In this document: piece by piece, positions 11,201-25,777 of the stretch
Layout: the number at the start of each line of letters is the position of its first letter
Position numbering within the stretch: the stretch's first letter is position 1
DNA from: Magallana gigas
Taxonomy: Eukaryota
Reading direction: 5' to 3'
DNA: 64,000 bases
Assembly: GCF_963853765.1 (NCBI RefSeq)
Contig: NC_088858.1
Span: forward strand, 2,418,001-2,482,000
Notes under the pieces: model-generated
Databases searched by the model: none
What the model was told of the DNA's origin: nothing
The model's input: the letters and a program-made list of their open reading frames with translations, nothing else
Program-made: the position numbers and the translations under genes

Positions 11201-14200
11201 AAATTATTAAATTCATTTTCCATTTTAGATTTTTTAAAGATTTGATGAGTATAACATTTTGGTATATCTGCTTTTTTGTGTGCCACAAAATTTCCAAAAA
11301 CAGGGTTATAAATATGTAATGTTTTTTAATTATGTCAGTCTTTTTTTGTTTAGCAATTTTCTTGATTTCTAATAGTTAATTTCTGTGTATTGTAATTTCT
11401 GCAATGTGAAAGTGATAGAAAAAAGCAAAAATTAGAGTATCAAAATAAGTGAATAAATGATATTGGCCCAGCTTGCAAAGTATGCCCACTATTTTGCAAT
11501 AAAGCAGTAAAACAATATTTTAAAAAACATATATATGATGTGAATTATTTTTAAATTTCAGATCTGAATGTAATTCTTGAGCAAAAAGACAACCAGTCAA
11601 AATTTGGAAAAACTAAAGTTTCATCAAGGTATTGTATTAAAGGGTCTTGGACACGATTTGAGCTCAAAATTTTATTTTTTCACTTTTTGCATCTAGAATG
11701 GTAAATTTGGGCATTTTAAATGATACTTTAAAATTTGAAAGTCAAATATTGAGTTCCAAGCAAGATACGGAGGTCGAAATTCTTTGTTATGTAAACAAAG
11801 CTCGAGTCTTGTAATTGTTTACATATGTGTAGTATTGTTATAATTTTCAATCAAATGTTGCTTTTTTGTTAATAATATTATTCATAAACACATTGGATCA
11901 ATTTATCTTGTTTAGCATAATATATTTGTCAAAGAAATGGCAATTTCTGCATTATTTGTAAACATTTGTATGACTCAAGCCTTGTTTACCTAACAATGAG
12001 TTCATACCTCTCTATCTCGCATGTAACTTGGTTTCTAACATTCAAATTTAAGTCAATCATTCAAAATGCACAAATAAGCAATTTTAAACTATAAAAAGTA
12101 AAAAATAAAATTTTGATTCAAAATCGTATCTAGGTCCCTTTAAACAATAAAATAATAATCAATAATACAATCAATAAATATGATTATCTTATCATCGACT
12201 AATGAGTGTACTTTTATTTGTAAAATATCCACCTCTTACCTCAAATAACTTGACTCTGAAGTTGTACAAAGTTTTTAAATATTGAAATAAGGGAATGTAG
12301 ATTCTGCCGTTTGATTTTTGTTTTAGGATATTTTTGTTTGCTGGGTATCTAAATCCTTATTTCTGCCTTGTTGTAGACTTATTCGCTGGGGTAAGGATGA
12401 GACTCACCAAGACTTGCATGGAAGCTTCGATGTCGTCTTGTGTGCCGACTGGTAAGAGGCCGTCATTGTTTACCACTGCGTTTTAGATAGGTGATAAACT
12501 GGTAAAAATAATTTTAAATATAATCTTTTTATCTTTTTTCAGTTTGTTCTTTGATGATGGTAGAGCTGACTTAGCAGATTTGGTATTTGACATTCTGAAA
12601 CCCAAAGTAAGCATTTTAAACTCAATAACAAGGTTAGCTATGCAATGCATAAACTTTGTTATTTGTCTATTACAGCCTGAACTTATAAACAAGATAACAG
12701 TTATGTAAATTAAGGAACATTCACTGGTGTTAATTTGACAAATGTATCAATTTTGTTTACAAAAATGAATTGCTATTTGTATTAATTATCATACACATGT
12801 ATTTATTAGCATTTTTTATAACATTATTTGTGTTCCGGACTTGTAATGTGTTGTGACATTGGATCATTGTTTTGTTCAAATGTTCCAATAATTTATTGAC
12901 CTAATAGGCTCAAGTTGAGTCATTGTCTTTGTTCTGAATCAGTTGTATTACTAACTTTGGTGTAGAGCAGTTGACTTAGTTTTTATTAAGTTGTATTACT
13001 AACTTTAGGGTAGAGCCATTTTGTTTGCTCCACACCGAGGGAATACATTCCAAGCCTTCTCAGAATTAGCTAAAGAAAAATTCCATGTAGAAGTACAAGA
13101 TAATTACAGCCAGGAGGTGTGGGGACTCCACTGTAAGGTAAGTATATATCAGCATAGTAAAGAAGATGCCTTCAGGATGTATTTTGTAATTTAGTCAGTT
13201 TACATTGGGAATCAGCATAGTAAAGAAGAAGAAGAAGAAAAGCACTGTATATTTATCTAAAGTAAAGTAAACTGTTTGAATCAGCATTGTCAAGTAATGC
13301 ATCTATGAGCTAAGTACATAAGATTTACATTTTAAATTGGCCCTGTAAAGTAGAAAAATATGTAGTTTATAATATATGCATAACATTATACAATATTATG
13401 ATGTTTAAATAACATTGAAATGGACAATTACAGTGGAATAGTTGTAAAGTGTGTTATATTGTACAATATTGGAACAAAAAGCATCATCACAATGTAATAC
13501 AATAGATATTGTTATTGTCATTAGAGGTCATCATACTTAAGTATTACCTAATATATCATCATGCTTTAGTATTACTTAAGGGATCATCATAATAAAATAT
13601 TACTTTAGAGATCATCATTCTAAAGTATTACTTAAGGGATCACCATACTAAAGTATAACTTTAGGGATCATTATCATAAAGTTATACAATAAATATTGTA
13701 ATTGTCAAATAGGGATCATCATACTGAATTATTACTTAAAAGATCACAATACTAAAATATCACTAAAGGGATTATCATAATAAAGTATTACTTCAGGGAT
13801 CATCATACTAAAGTATTACTTAAGGGATCATCATACTAAAGCATTACTTAAGAATCATATATATAAGTATTACTTAAGGCATCATCTTAAATTATTACTT
13901 TAGGGATCATCATACTAAAGTATTACTTGAGGGGTCATTACCATAAAGTTAAACAATAGGTATTGTAATTGTCAGTATGAATCAGCATACTTAAGTACAT
14001 TGTATTACTTTAGGGATCATCAAATTTAAGTTTTACTTTAGGGATCATCATACTAAATCATATCTTTAGGGATCATCTTGCTAAAGTATTACTTTAGGGA
14101 TCATCATACTAAAGTATTACTTTAGGGATCATCATACTAAAGTATTACTTTAGGGATCAGTATGATAAAGTAATATGTTAAGAATTGTCATTATTAAGTA

Positions 14201-15932
14201 TTTATTTACTTTAATAGGGATATTCTCTATAAACTACTTCATCAGAGATTATAATTGTGAAGTAATTCTTTAATAGGGATCATCATCATAACATGATCTT
14301 TAGATATCATATAGGCAGTTTACATTGTGAATCGGCATAGTATAGGATACAATATTTGAGGATCGTCATTATAAAGCAATGCTTTAGGGATTATCATCAA
14401 TAAGAAATACTTCAGGATCATTATAATATCATAATAATACTTTAGGGATGCAAATTTATTAAGTAATACTTAAGGGATCATCATTATAAAGTAATACTCT
14501 AGGGATTATTAGATCAATATTTTAGGGATTATCATGTAAAGTAACACTTTAGGGATCATTCTTCAGATGAGGAGTCTGAATTGTAAGGCATCAACATTTG
14601 CTTTATACTGCAAAGGTTAGGATTTTCGAAGTAAATACAACTTAAGGGTAGGACCTTTTTTTGCAAAGACCTTTAAAAAAAGTCACAGATTGTGATCTTT
14701 GTTATAAACCATAGACTTTAAAGATTTGTACATAATGATAAGATCTTGATGTGTTATTAAATCTTTTAAAAGTCACTAAATTGACTTATAAGTTAATGGT
14801 CAGCAATTTTTATGCTTAATGCATTAATATTACGTCATTACTATAATGATGTTAAAACTCTTTGTTTCTTCAATTATTGTGAAAGTTCACTTTAAATTCC
14901 AAGTGGATGTAAATCCATGAAACTAAGATTTAAGCTTGTTTTATTCATATTTATAAAGGTGAAAAAATGTAAAATAAACCACAAATTATGAATAACCTAA
15001 AAATTATGATTATTATTTTACGTGTTTTGAGATTGTAGACGGAAGGCAAAAAATATCTGGTTTTTGTTAAATTTCTGACACCACTTAAGCACCAATTTGC
15101 ACACCATTGTATGCTCCGCTATGACCTCCCTCTGAAGATTTATATCCAGTCATTTACATATTCAACATCTGTGAAGACACTGTTTTTAAATATGCTGAAT
15201 GCATTTAGATGCAGGTCAGGTCAATGTGAACTCATCTATGTAAAGCATGCCTGGCTGTTCTAAAACCATTCACCTCAAGCATTCCATGCAGGAATAATTA
15301 GCTTAGAGTACACTGATATTACTCATTCTCTTCTTCCTCTACTCTTAGAACAACCATAATAACTAAAAATCAAAAGGTCACAGTTTCTCATTTGAATAGT
15401 GAAATATATAAATTTAGAAGCTATCTGGAATAAAATTAATATATTTACAAGACGTGCCATATTTAGAGCTCTGGTATTGTTGTGGTGAAGTTGTCCTTGC
15501 CTGTCCCACTCCAAAGTTTGTCTTTTACCAGGAAGCGAAGTTATCAGGAAGTTCTCTGCCCCTATCTTGGTTTTTTTTTTTAGATCGATCAGTGAAGTCA
15601 TGTGATACAATATGTGCCAACTACAGCATTTTATTGAAGGACTTAAAAATTATCGCATAAAATTTTTGAAAAATAACTTTATAATAATATTTTTGAAAAA
15701 ATAGTTATCCTTAAAATGACATTGAAGGGCAGAGAATATTTGCGATTGACGCATGTTAAGTGCATTTCCAGCATTTCTTTTAACAATCCGAAATATTAAA
15801 TGGAAGTGATATTCTTATATTTAAAAAAAAATCAATTTTTTTTTAATCTTTAAGATGAAGTCCACTGGCAGTGATATGTATGATGAAAACATTCATTACC
15901 CTCGCCTAATAATACTCACCAAGGCAGGCTGA
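7814..15932 (+). CDS. CAMKMT: Calmodulin-lysine N-methyltransferase (class I SAM-dependent, METTL21-like family), 10 coding exons
   Basis: Exons 7814(or 7778)-8061, 8425-8486, 9816-9876, 10504-10558, 10978-11041, 11562-11628, 12377-12451, 12543-12606, 13009-13137, 15855-15932, all GT-AG and in phase. Motifs RWKILKQAL, VSVRRFSSF, FNNTGNVCVWPAEE, AVCELGGGMTCLAG, LSDGNE, FDVVLCADCLFF, FAPHRGNT and YDENIHYPRLIILTK match vertebrate CAMKMT as recalled. Confidence 0.95.
8198..8238. repeat. (TA)n microsatellite
   Basis: Direct reading. Confidence 0.95.
9100..9392. repeat. 39-bp minisatellite in CAMKMT intron 2 (about 7 copies)
   Basis: Unit GTCCCATGTCACTGTCTCAGCAGGTGCTTGCTGACTGAG; explains the repetitive ORFs 9105-9377 and 9135-9395. 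Confidence 0.95.
11641..12139. mobile_element. Non-autonomous Kolobok-like DNA transposon, copy 1 (CAMKMT intron 6)
   Basis: TTAA on both sides, termini AGGG...CCCT, and an imperfect ~30-bp TIR (AGGGTCTTGGACACGATTTGAGCTCAAAATTTT vs AAAATTTTGATTCAAAATCGTATCTAGGTCCCT). Internal similarity to the copies at ~20.2 kb and ~48.6 kb. Confidence 0.65.
13500..14560. repeat. Degenerate 28-bp minisatellite in CAMKMT intron 9
   Basis: Unit AGGGATCATCATACTAAAGTATTACTTT (adjacent copies start at 14096 and 14124). Confidence 0.85.
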
Positions 15933-16043
15933 CGATCCGTGGTCATCACTGTGAACAACGCTAATCTGTGATACAATGTATTCCAAATACTCGCTGCATA
16001 TCCAAACCAGTGCAACGTGGATTATTCCTCATTTTATCATTGA

Positions 16044-16049
16044 AATAAA
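16044..16049 (+). terminator. Probable polyadenylation signal of CAMKMT
   Basis: AATAAA about 110 nt after the stop codon, followed by a GT/T-rich tract (tatgttttgtatgagttgttt). Confidence 0.6.
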
Positions 16050-19000
16050 ATATGTTTTGTATGAGTTGTTTGAGTTAAAATTTTTAGTTCACCTGACTGA
16101 AGGGACACCCGAGCCTATCTGACCTGGCCCTGTAGTTGTGAGTCCGCGATCTGGACTTTTCACAGTTTCATCCGTTTGTCCAGAATCATAAAAAAACCTT
16201 CTGTAAGTTAGGTAGTTTTACAAAATGTGATCCTAATTTCCGAATCACGACACTGGTTTTTCTGATTCCGTATCACCTTTCTCTAAAAACCAGGATGAGT
16301 TACACCATAAATAACGTCTTTACGATTAAATAGAGTTCCCTTTACATAATTTTTTTTTCAATAAGTAAACGTATATTTGATTCCACAAAAAAAAATTGGT
16401 AATTAATTTTTCTTTTTAGTTGAAGGATGTGATACAAATTTTTAACATTATAACAGTAACTTGGTCGAAGGAGCCACCTGCCTCCCAAAGACCTATTTCA
16501 ATACGGGGTTTGATATACTATACATGCAGTAAGGTTACTTATTAAATTTTAATATGTTTGTTTATAAATATTAGGCACACCAATGTAGTTTGCTTCAGGA
16601 CATAGTTGCTCAAGTGGTCTCATGTTTTTGTACTTGTGTTGGTTTTAAAATATTGCGAAGCCCGTATTTTACCCATGTATTATTTTAAATTTATGTTGAT
16701 TTGGTCGTATTTGTTACAATTTGAAGTTGAATATAAATAAACACCATGATGATTGTCCCCTGTAGTTAAGTAAAGTATTTCACAAGGCCGTTATTTAAGC
16801 TGATGGGTTGGCATGCCATCACCTGACTGTGTGAAACAGGTGTCGCGTCTCTTAAAAAACAAACAATCTACCGATGTCCTTTTTTCTAAAGTACATTGTA
16901 TAATTTTATAGTTTATAACGAAAGATCAGCATAGCATGGAAACGCCCACACAAACTATATATATTTTTGTCATTAAACACTTTATTTTAAGATATTTTTT
17001 GTTTTAAATTAGATAAAATTAGGATAGCAAGATATGCATTGTACAATAAAGTGACAACATGTGTTATTTAACACATTGACTTTAATAGGTGTTTACTGTT
17101 TGAAGATGGGGAAAACCTTAATAAGATTTTCTATAATAGTAACATATAAAACTGTTTGGCACAAGAATAAGTCGGTTTGACGTTGCTCTGCCTCTGTTTA
17201 TTTCAGGAACCGGTCCCCTGTTGTTTTCCAGGGGCCCAGCACTGGAATGTCAGTACAAAGAGGAGAAATTGTATAGCACTTTCAGTAACTCTAAGTCAAT
17301 GTACCCCAATATAAACGCAACAAAAGTTATACACAACAACAACTGAAAAAGTATAAATTATATCTACAAAATCTGCCTGTTTCTCAATTAAAATAAAAGT
17401 TTCATTTTTTTTGAAATTTCGTTTTAATGAATACCGTACATAAAACGCATAAGAATACAAACAGATTTTTTCCTTTGTTAGAGTGTTTCCAACACTCAAT
17501 TATATCATAATGATTACCAGTATGTCTTTAAAAGCCAACACGGAGAAAAAAGGTACTTATCTCCAGATTTATGGAGTTCTCTTTGATAAATTGGTAAGGC
17601 GGTTTCCACAAAACGAGCGCGATGTTGTAGAGAAAGAAAAAGAAGATTTAGCAGTGTTGGCCCCGTCTTAAATCTGTGTGACTGGGTGATATATCGCGGG
17701 AGTAATGTTATTCAATGCTTTAGGTATTGCGTGATGGTCTGAACTACTCCAAACTCCCACAACATGTATATAGAATACAGATACTAAGACCACAGGCACC
17801 TGGATTTTCATAGAACCCGCCCCCCTCTCAATATTCTTCCTTTTATATTTAGATGTAGATGCTATGATTATTTTATATTCTATTTCTCACTCATATGATA
17901 CAGATATACCATCGAAGTCCTCTGCTAGTACATAGAGTAAAAAACACCTGTAGGTTTTAACTAAGAACTGAACCAGTAACATTGACACCAGGGCACTTTT
18001 CCTCCAATTAATTTAATGATTTAGCTCTATATAAAAACGGAGAACATCCCTAAAAATTGGAGAGAGGATATTTCATGAAATCGTGCGTTGTTATCATCCT
18101 ATTTGCGTGATAGAAATTCGTCTTCTACACTGCAGTATTAACACCAGATGAAGCAGACATACAGAGAAAGGAAATGTGAGATATCTGTCACAAGCACCTG
18201 CAGGACAGGTTTGTAACAGGTGTGGGTCCTTATCTCTCAGTCTGGTCATTTTTTACCACCTTCACCGGTCCCTCCAACTTAATCTTTAAATATAGGCCAT
18301 ATGCTTCATTTGCACATACATACAAATTCTTATTTGTGTATAAGGTAATGAAATTTATTACTTACTTTTTGATGCATTGTTTAAATAAATGTTGGCAAAA
18401 ATAATCATGGTATTCAGATCTCAGTGATATGTTTATCAAAATGTCAGGTCGTTTAAGATTGCATTACATTTCTTCAAACGTCTGTGCACTAAATAATGTA
18501 TATAGAAACCTATGTATAAAATGTCAAAGCCAGTAAAATTTTCTTCATACAGGTTTTTATGAGATTTTGAGCCTTTCATATTTCGTTAATTTTTCATGTT
18601 TTTATCAGCTTTTTGGACCTTCCCAGCTATATCCCTGCAAAGGGTTGACGTCCTGTATCGTGTGCATGTTGTACCACCACAAGTCAAAAACTTAACAGTG
18701 TATATTTTACTATGTCCTATCCACCTACTTTTTGCGTTATTTTACCTCCCGTCTGTTACTTGCAATTTCAATGTATAAAGTCAACACAACAGTCATAGCA
18801 GCAAGTTTCGCATTTTACTTCTGATTCACATGTACTTGACATTATGGGCCTACATATTACTCACCAATTTCAACAGAAGACATATCTCTTACTAAAAAAA
18901 ATCATTAAAATAATTTCATGAATTTTAGCTACATTCATAACCCTTCAAGTACAGCAAATCTCAATTTTGCTAAAATATTGACAGTAACTTTATTCGAAAT

Positions 19001-19710
19001 TGTCCCTTGCTTCCTTTGAAGTTAAGGAGTACTTGTAGGTATTTGATATGTTAGCTATGATGAGGGGACGGAATTAAAGTCTTCTATGTATTTGATATGT
19101 TAGCTATGATTAGGTAACGGGTTTGAGGTTCTTACAGGCTAATATTGTGTTGGTGTTGTTTTAGTTTTGGATTTAAGGTTCTTTTTGCAAAAAGCGTTAT
19201 GATGTTGTTCGGGTTAAGGTATTGTTGTTCTGTTTGGTTAAAGGATATTATTTCGCTGTTACGTTTATTTTTGTTTGTGTGTAATGGCATTTTACTTGTC
19301 AAAAATAACTTTCATTCATGCTTTAAGTGATATGGATATTATCTCAGGTACTGCAGTTCTGTCAGTATGGGAATTTTTAATTGACTTGTAATATTTGATA
19401 AAGTATTGCATCTCTTTCTTACCTGTAGCTTTTTGTTATATACTGGAAACATTACAATTATTTAATATGCATTTAATTATATCATTTAAAACATTTACAT
19501 TGCATGATCCTCTTAATGGTTTTTGTTTGAAATGGTACTGGGTATATATGGTAAACCATTTCTTTTGTAGATTTTTTTACCATGCTTTAGATGTAACTGT
19601 TCTTAAATGCTTGTAGTTTTTTTGCAAAATACTGGATACGGTTTAAATTTTTTAAAATGCGTTGTGTTGGAATGAAACAGACTGCAATACAACAGTTCAT
19701 TTATTCATTA

Positions 19711-20020
19711 GAACCTTTTAGTGTGGTACTGGTTTTTCAATAACCTTTTGGTGTGGTACTGGTTTTTCAATAACCTTTTGGCGTGGTACCGATTTTACAA
19801 TAATATTTTGATGTGGTACTGTTTTTATAATAACCTTTTGGTTTGGTACTAGTTTTACCATAACCTTTTAGTGTGGGACTGGTTTTATAAGAAACGTTTC
19901 GTGTAGTACTGGTTTTGCAGTTTTTTGATACTCGTTAAGTACTTTGTTTTTATGATAATCTTTTGGTTTGGTACCGGTTTTACAATAACCTTTTAGTGTG
20001 GCTCTGATTTTATATTAACC
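19711..20020. repeat. Degenerate ~30-bp minisatellite
   Basis: Unit TAACCTTTTGGTGTGGTACTGGTTTTTCAA, about 9-10 copies. Confidence 0.85.
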
Positions 20021-20164
20021 CTTTTGTGTATGGTTCTTGATCCGGATGGGTCTTTTACACTTTCAATGTTGATCTATTGTTTTGTATGTGGTACAGCAGT
20101 TCTATTCTACTTTAAATGTGTTAATATGGTTCTGACTACTGGATGCAGCATTATTTTATGTTCT

Positions 20165-20623
20165 GTGTAAGGCTTTATTATTCAAATTGCTTCAAGAATG
20201 CATGCCTTATGATCAAATGAAATTTGAGAGTCAGTCGTAGTGTTTTAAGCAAGATACAGGGCTTACAATTCTTTGTCATGTTAGCAAGGCTCATGCCCTG
20301 TTTTTGCTTACAAAGGTTCAATATACCAGTACATGTGAAAAAAATTCAAGCTGATTTGTCTATGTTTTTGTTCATTTTAAGTATTGATAAGCAGTTTTAA
20401 CGTTTAAAACATTCGCTTAAGGTCTAAAACTGGAATGTTAACTTTAACATTCAAAATGTAAACAAAAAGCTTTATTTACATGGCAAAGAGTTGTAAGCTC
20501 TGTAATTCGCTTATAACTCAACATTAATCACACTAAACTTTTGGTTGCCTATTAAAATTGCATTACTGAAGCATGTTGAACATTAAAATCGGAAAAATTA
20601 TTTTAATATCGTGATCATGCCCC
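20165..20623. mobile_element. Related Kolobok-like non-autonomous element, copy 2 (left end degraded)
   Basis: Shares long blocks with 48585-49068 (ttgagagtcagtcgtag, aaggctcatgccc, ggttcaatatacc, ggtctaaaactggaat, cattaaaatcggaaaaat). Ends ...tcgtgatcatgcccc|TTAA. Confidence 0.6.
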
Positions 20624-23304
20624 TTAACAAAATTATTGGATTATTAAACATCTTTAATAAGCTTTATTACTATCGATTTAGAATTTTAACTGCGTTCCAA
20701 AATTGATGCACAGCTTGGTTCGTTTTTTCCTCCAATTGTTTTATTTTTATCGAATTGTTTTTTATTATTAAACAATGAACAAGCTTTATGCAAAAGATGT
20801 AACATTTTAACACATATCTGTTCATAAAATGTTTTACAGATTTTTAAATATTTTCTTACGTAATTGTCTTTTAATTAAACAGAATTAAACATCTCGAATT
20901 TCCCATATCATTTCCTTCTTGCAACATGTTAAACAATCATATTCAAGTAAATCCTTCAAACTTTGACATTAATGAAAGGAAAATCGGGCTCTTATTCACA
21001 CACGAATCAATATAAAAGGCATAATGTAACTAAGTAACCGCTAGACAGGTGAACAACATATGTAAAACCACTCATAACAAGGTCACGGAGGTACGGACCC
21101 AAAATAGTGCAGCACCACCTGTGTGCTGTGTAGTGATACGCGGGCAGTGTGTAAAACGTGAAGATCCAAATCAGAAACCCATTACTCCATGTCCACTCCC
21201 CCCATTGTTGTTCAATCCAAAACAGACACCATTGTTAAATTAAAAGCCCGGACAAGCTTCTTCATGTCTCCCACTTCCTGGTATGAACTGTCTTTAGACT
21301 TTTATAACTCAATGCTGCACTTACTTCATGCGTGTGTTGCATAAACCAAATAGGGCATATATCGTGTAATTAATTTAAAATTGAAGATGCATCAACAGGT
21401 AAAAAGTAAAGAATCAAAGAGAAGAAGTAATTTATTATCAGAATAAACCCATTTCATCCTCAAAAATAATTTATGGCCTTAACAATCAAAGGGGGTTGTA
21501 TCGATATTTACTGAACTGAAAAATTTGATTTACTATAAAGTACTTATTTGGAAATAATCTTTAATCGAATTCCGTTAAAAAATCTCTTGATATGGTAATT
21601 ATATATGATCTTTTGGAATAGTTTTATGTAAATAAGTTTTTCAAATCCCTCGATAAAACCTCAAATCATTAACAAAAGTGAAGTTTCATTTCGAATTTTT
21701 TCTGAACTACATAATAATTGTGCTTGGACCACTGGGTTGAAACGTACAAAAATATATATTTATTTCTTTACGTTTTTAACCTCGTTAATTTCCGTTAGTT
21801 TTCGTATTATCTGGTTAACTTCATGACTGGTTATTTCATGCACGAGCGCTTTTGCGCTCAGTATGAATATATTTACCGGGGAGTATTCGATTAATGCGAC
21901 GTTCGTTACAAAGCAGTGCAGGTTGTGTTTTTGGTTTTCCATACCCGCCCTGACCCAAATATGTTTTTTTGAGATTAACTAATATTTTGTGTTACTATTT
22001 ATTTGTATGTTGAATGGATATCAAATGCGATTTGTAACGAACGCACTAATCCTAAAAGATCTGTTTTTGTTTTTCAATAAATTAGTCAAGAAAATATTTA
22101 TTTTCGGAGGAGTGAAACGAGGGCGAAAATAATAGCTGTAAATACATGTAAGTCTTTCATGGAACTAAGAAAAAGATCTTGAAGGACAATTTCGTTGTGT
22201 ATACAGGAATAGGGCAGACATGCAAAATTTAGAAAGTGAAATGAATTTTAAAAAATGAAATTTGGGAAGGAATTTTCATGATTTAGGAGGGCTAGACGGT
22301 CATGTCCGTTTTTAGACTAATCTATCTCCTTGAGAAAAGAACTATGTATAGGAAGATAGCAGAATATTCAAGTACATAAAAGCTAAAATATTTGAATTCT
22401 TCTTTACTGAAGGATAGTTTAAAGGTAAACAAATCATATCTAAATCTAATGGGGAATTGTTTTACCACCAAGTCTCCTTAACTATGGATATCAGAACGCT
22501 TGTTGTATCATTTTTATTATGGTTAGTTTAACTAATGGTGCCTTATTTGTATCAGATTATCAGACAGTGGGAAAGATGCAGTCTGTTGATACATTGCGTT
22601 GTTGTTTACTTCCCTACGAGGATATTTCAACTCAAGCGATACTGCAGTGTTCATATCAGTTAGCAAGATGTTTATGTTATATAGGGACTTTTACTTAGTG
22701 GCTTGGTCGAAGATCCTAGCTAATGTTTCACCAAACTTTGGTTATCCCTAATTCCAGGCCTATTAATATGCGTGCATGATGTGAGTTAACGAAATACAAA
22801 TCGGCTTTACAAAATTCCTTGAAGCAAGTTTCGAGTTAGTATAATGACCATAAATATAAAACAGTTAGTGTTGACCTCGATTTTCTAAATCTTGAGGTAC
22901 ATTTCACTGCATTAAAATCTCATTTGTCAAATGCTCTAGCGGTGAATCGTGGTGTTCCCGCTAATTATTAACGAATACTATGAACATTTTTAGTCCATCG
23001 ATAAAGAGAATTTCTGACCCAGGCCCTGCTCTAGGCCTTCCAACAGCTATTTTATATTCTTGAAGTGATGACGACAGTAATTATAATTTGTGAAAATATG
23101 GAGAACAGTATATATTAAGATGTAATTGCTTATTGCTTTCTTTCAATTTGCTTTTTTTATTATCATAATTTTAGATGTTAAAGTATGGTTATTATTAAAA
23201 AGAACCTGCTTTTACTTTAACAACGAACTCCTCTAAATCATAAAAATTTAAGTCACTTAGCTACAAAAAAATTGGTCATTATATAACTAGAGCATGGCCT
23301 TAAG

Positions 23305-25250
23305 ACCAACAAACCATGGTCAATATATTATCAAAGCAAGGTCACTCAACCACCAAACCATGGGCACTACGATGCAGCAAGGTCACTCAACTACCAAACC
23401 ATGGGCACTATAACGAGGCAAAGTCACTCAACTACCAAACCATGGGCACTATAAAGAGGCAAGGTCACTCAACTAACAAACCATGGGCACTATAACGAGG
23501 CAGCGTCACTCGGCCACTATATCGAGGCAAGGTCATTCAACAACCAATCCATGGCCACGATAACCAGGCAAGGTCACTCAACTACCAACCCATGGTCAAT
23601 ATATAAATAGGCAAGGATACCCAACTACCAATCCATGGCCACTATAACGAGGCAAGGCCACTTTACTACCAAACAATGGTTAATTTATAACTAGGCAAGG
23701 TCACCCAACTACCAAATCAAGGTCAATTTATAACAAGGCAAGGTCACTCAACTACCTAACTATGGTTAATTTATAACTAGGCAAGGTCACTCAACTACCA
23801 AACCATGGTTAATATATAACTAGGCAATGTCACTAAACTACCAAACCATGGTCAATATATAACTAGGCAATGTCACTCTACTACCAAACCATGGTCAATA
23901 TATAGATAGGCAAGGTTACTCAACTAACAAACTATGGTAAATATATAAATAGGCAAGGTTACTCAAGTACCAAACCATGGGCACTATAACGAGGCAAGGT
24001 CACTTAGCCACTATAACGCGGCAAGGTCACTGAACTACCAAACCATGGTCAATATATAACTAGGCAAGGTCACTCAACTACCAAACCATGGTCAATATAT
24101 AACTAGGCAATGTCACTAAACTACCAAACCATGGTCAATATATAACTAGGCAAGGTCACTCAACTACCAAACCATAGTCAATATATAACTAAGCAAAGTC
24201 CCTAAACTACCAAACTATGGTAAATATATAAATAGGCAAGGTTACTCAACTACCAAACCATGGGCACTATAACGAGGCAAGGTCACTGAGCCACTATAAC
24301 GCGGCAAGGTCACTCAACTACCAAACCATGGGCACTATAACGAGGCAAGGTCACTCAACTACCAAACCATGGGCACTATAACGAGGCAAGGTCACTCAAC
24401 TACCAAACCATGGTCAATATAACGAGGCAGGGTCACTCGGCCACTATATCGAGGCAATGTCATTATACAACCAAACCATGGCCACTATAACCAGGCAAGG
24501 CTACTCAACTACTAATCCATGGCCACTATAACGAGGCAAGGCCACTCTACTACCAAACCATGGTTAATTTATAACTAGGCAAGGTCACCCAACTACCAAA
24601 TCGAGGTCAAATTATAATTAGGCAAGGTCACTCAACTACTAAACCATGGTTAATTTATAACTAGGCAAGGTCACTCAACTATCAAACCATGGTTAATATA
24701 TTACTAGGCAATGTCACTCAACTACCAAACCATGGTCAATATATAACTAGGCAAAGTCAATCAACTACCAAACCATAGTCAATATACAACTAGGCAAGGT
24801 CACTCAACTACCAATCCATGGCCATTATAACGAGGCAAGGTCACTTAACAACCAAACCATGATTAATTTATATCTAGGTAAGGTCTTCAACTACCAAATC
24901 AAGGTCAATGTATAACTAGGCAAGGTCACTCAACTACCAAACCATGGTCAATATAAAACTAGGCAAGGTCACTCAATTACCAAACCATGGTCGATATATA
25001 ACTAGGCAAGGTCAATCGGCCATATAACGCGGAGAGGTCACTCAATTGCCTTACCATGGTTACTATATACCAAAGCAAGATATTTCAACTGATAAACCAT
25101 GGTATATACATGTAATAAAACCAAGGTCCCTAAACTACCAAACATAGTCAATATACTAGAATTATCAAAGCAAGATCACAATATAACGAAACCACGGTCA
25201 TTCAACTACTAAGCCACGATATTTATATTACTAAAGCAAGGTCACTTATG
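23305..25250. repeat. 41/43-bp minisatellite array
   Basis: Units GGCAAGGTCACTCAACTACCAAACCATGGTCAATATATAACTA (43 bp) and GGCAAGGTCACTCAACTACCAAACCATGGGCACTATAACGA (41 bp), plus shortened variants. Confidence 0.95.
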
Positions 25251-25777
25251 ATCAACTTCCAGATCATGTTCAAAATGAATAAAAACAAATTGGCATACAA
25301 TGATTTTGCACACTTATGCAATAGGAAAAACAAACTGAGCGATGGTAAAGGGACTCTAATTCGAAGTGGCCGCACGTAAAGGAAATTTCTGAAAAAGATT
25401 ACAATTATGTCAACCGTCGGAGAACGAATCAGAGATGGAAACTACATGTATTTAAATGATCTTGAGGGTTAATAATGTTTATGTTAATAAAAAAAAAATT
25501 CTAATAATAATGGGCTTTTTTCACTTTAGATGACCGTCGATGAGTATCGATGTGTTGTCGTATCCATGAATTGTGTATTCAATGACTTGTCCTTTCTATA
25601 AGCTGTCCATTCTGTGAGTTGTCGCATAGATAATTTTTTTTCGACGAGTTGTCTTTCGATCAGTTGTCACAAGCCCAAAATATTCCTATATATTCTATAA
25701 GCAAGTTCACTAAACTGACAAAAAATAATTTAATGATAACAGTAATGTCCTTTAACAATCAGGCTTAAGTCTATCAG

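Noticed and set aside
14567-14628. Candidate last exon of CAMKMT after the 28-bp array (CAG|ATGAGG...)
   Set aside because: The translation does not match the CAMKMT C-terminus, whereas 15855-15932 does (YDENIHYP).
16081-16190. TTTTTAGTTCACCTG start resembling the 5' end of a Helentron/HINE
   Set aside because: No matching subterminal repeat or 3' hairpin found; too degraded to delimit.
17195-18780. Several GC-richer patches with plausible splice acceptors (e.g. minus-strand TACTGACATTCCAG near 17243, reading LGPWKTTGDRFLK*)
   Set aside because: Could not be chained into a consistent reading frame or recognisable protein; may be decayed exons or transposon debris.
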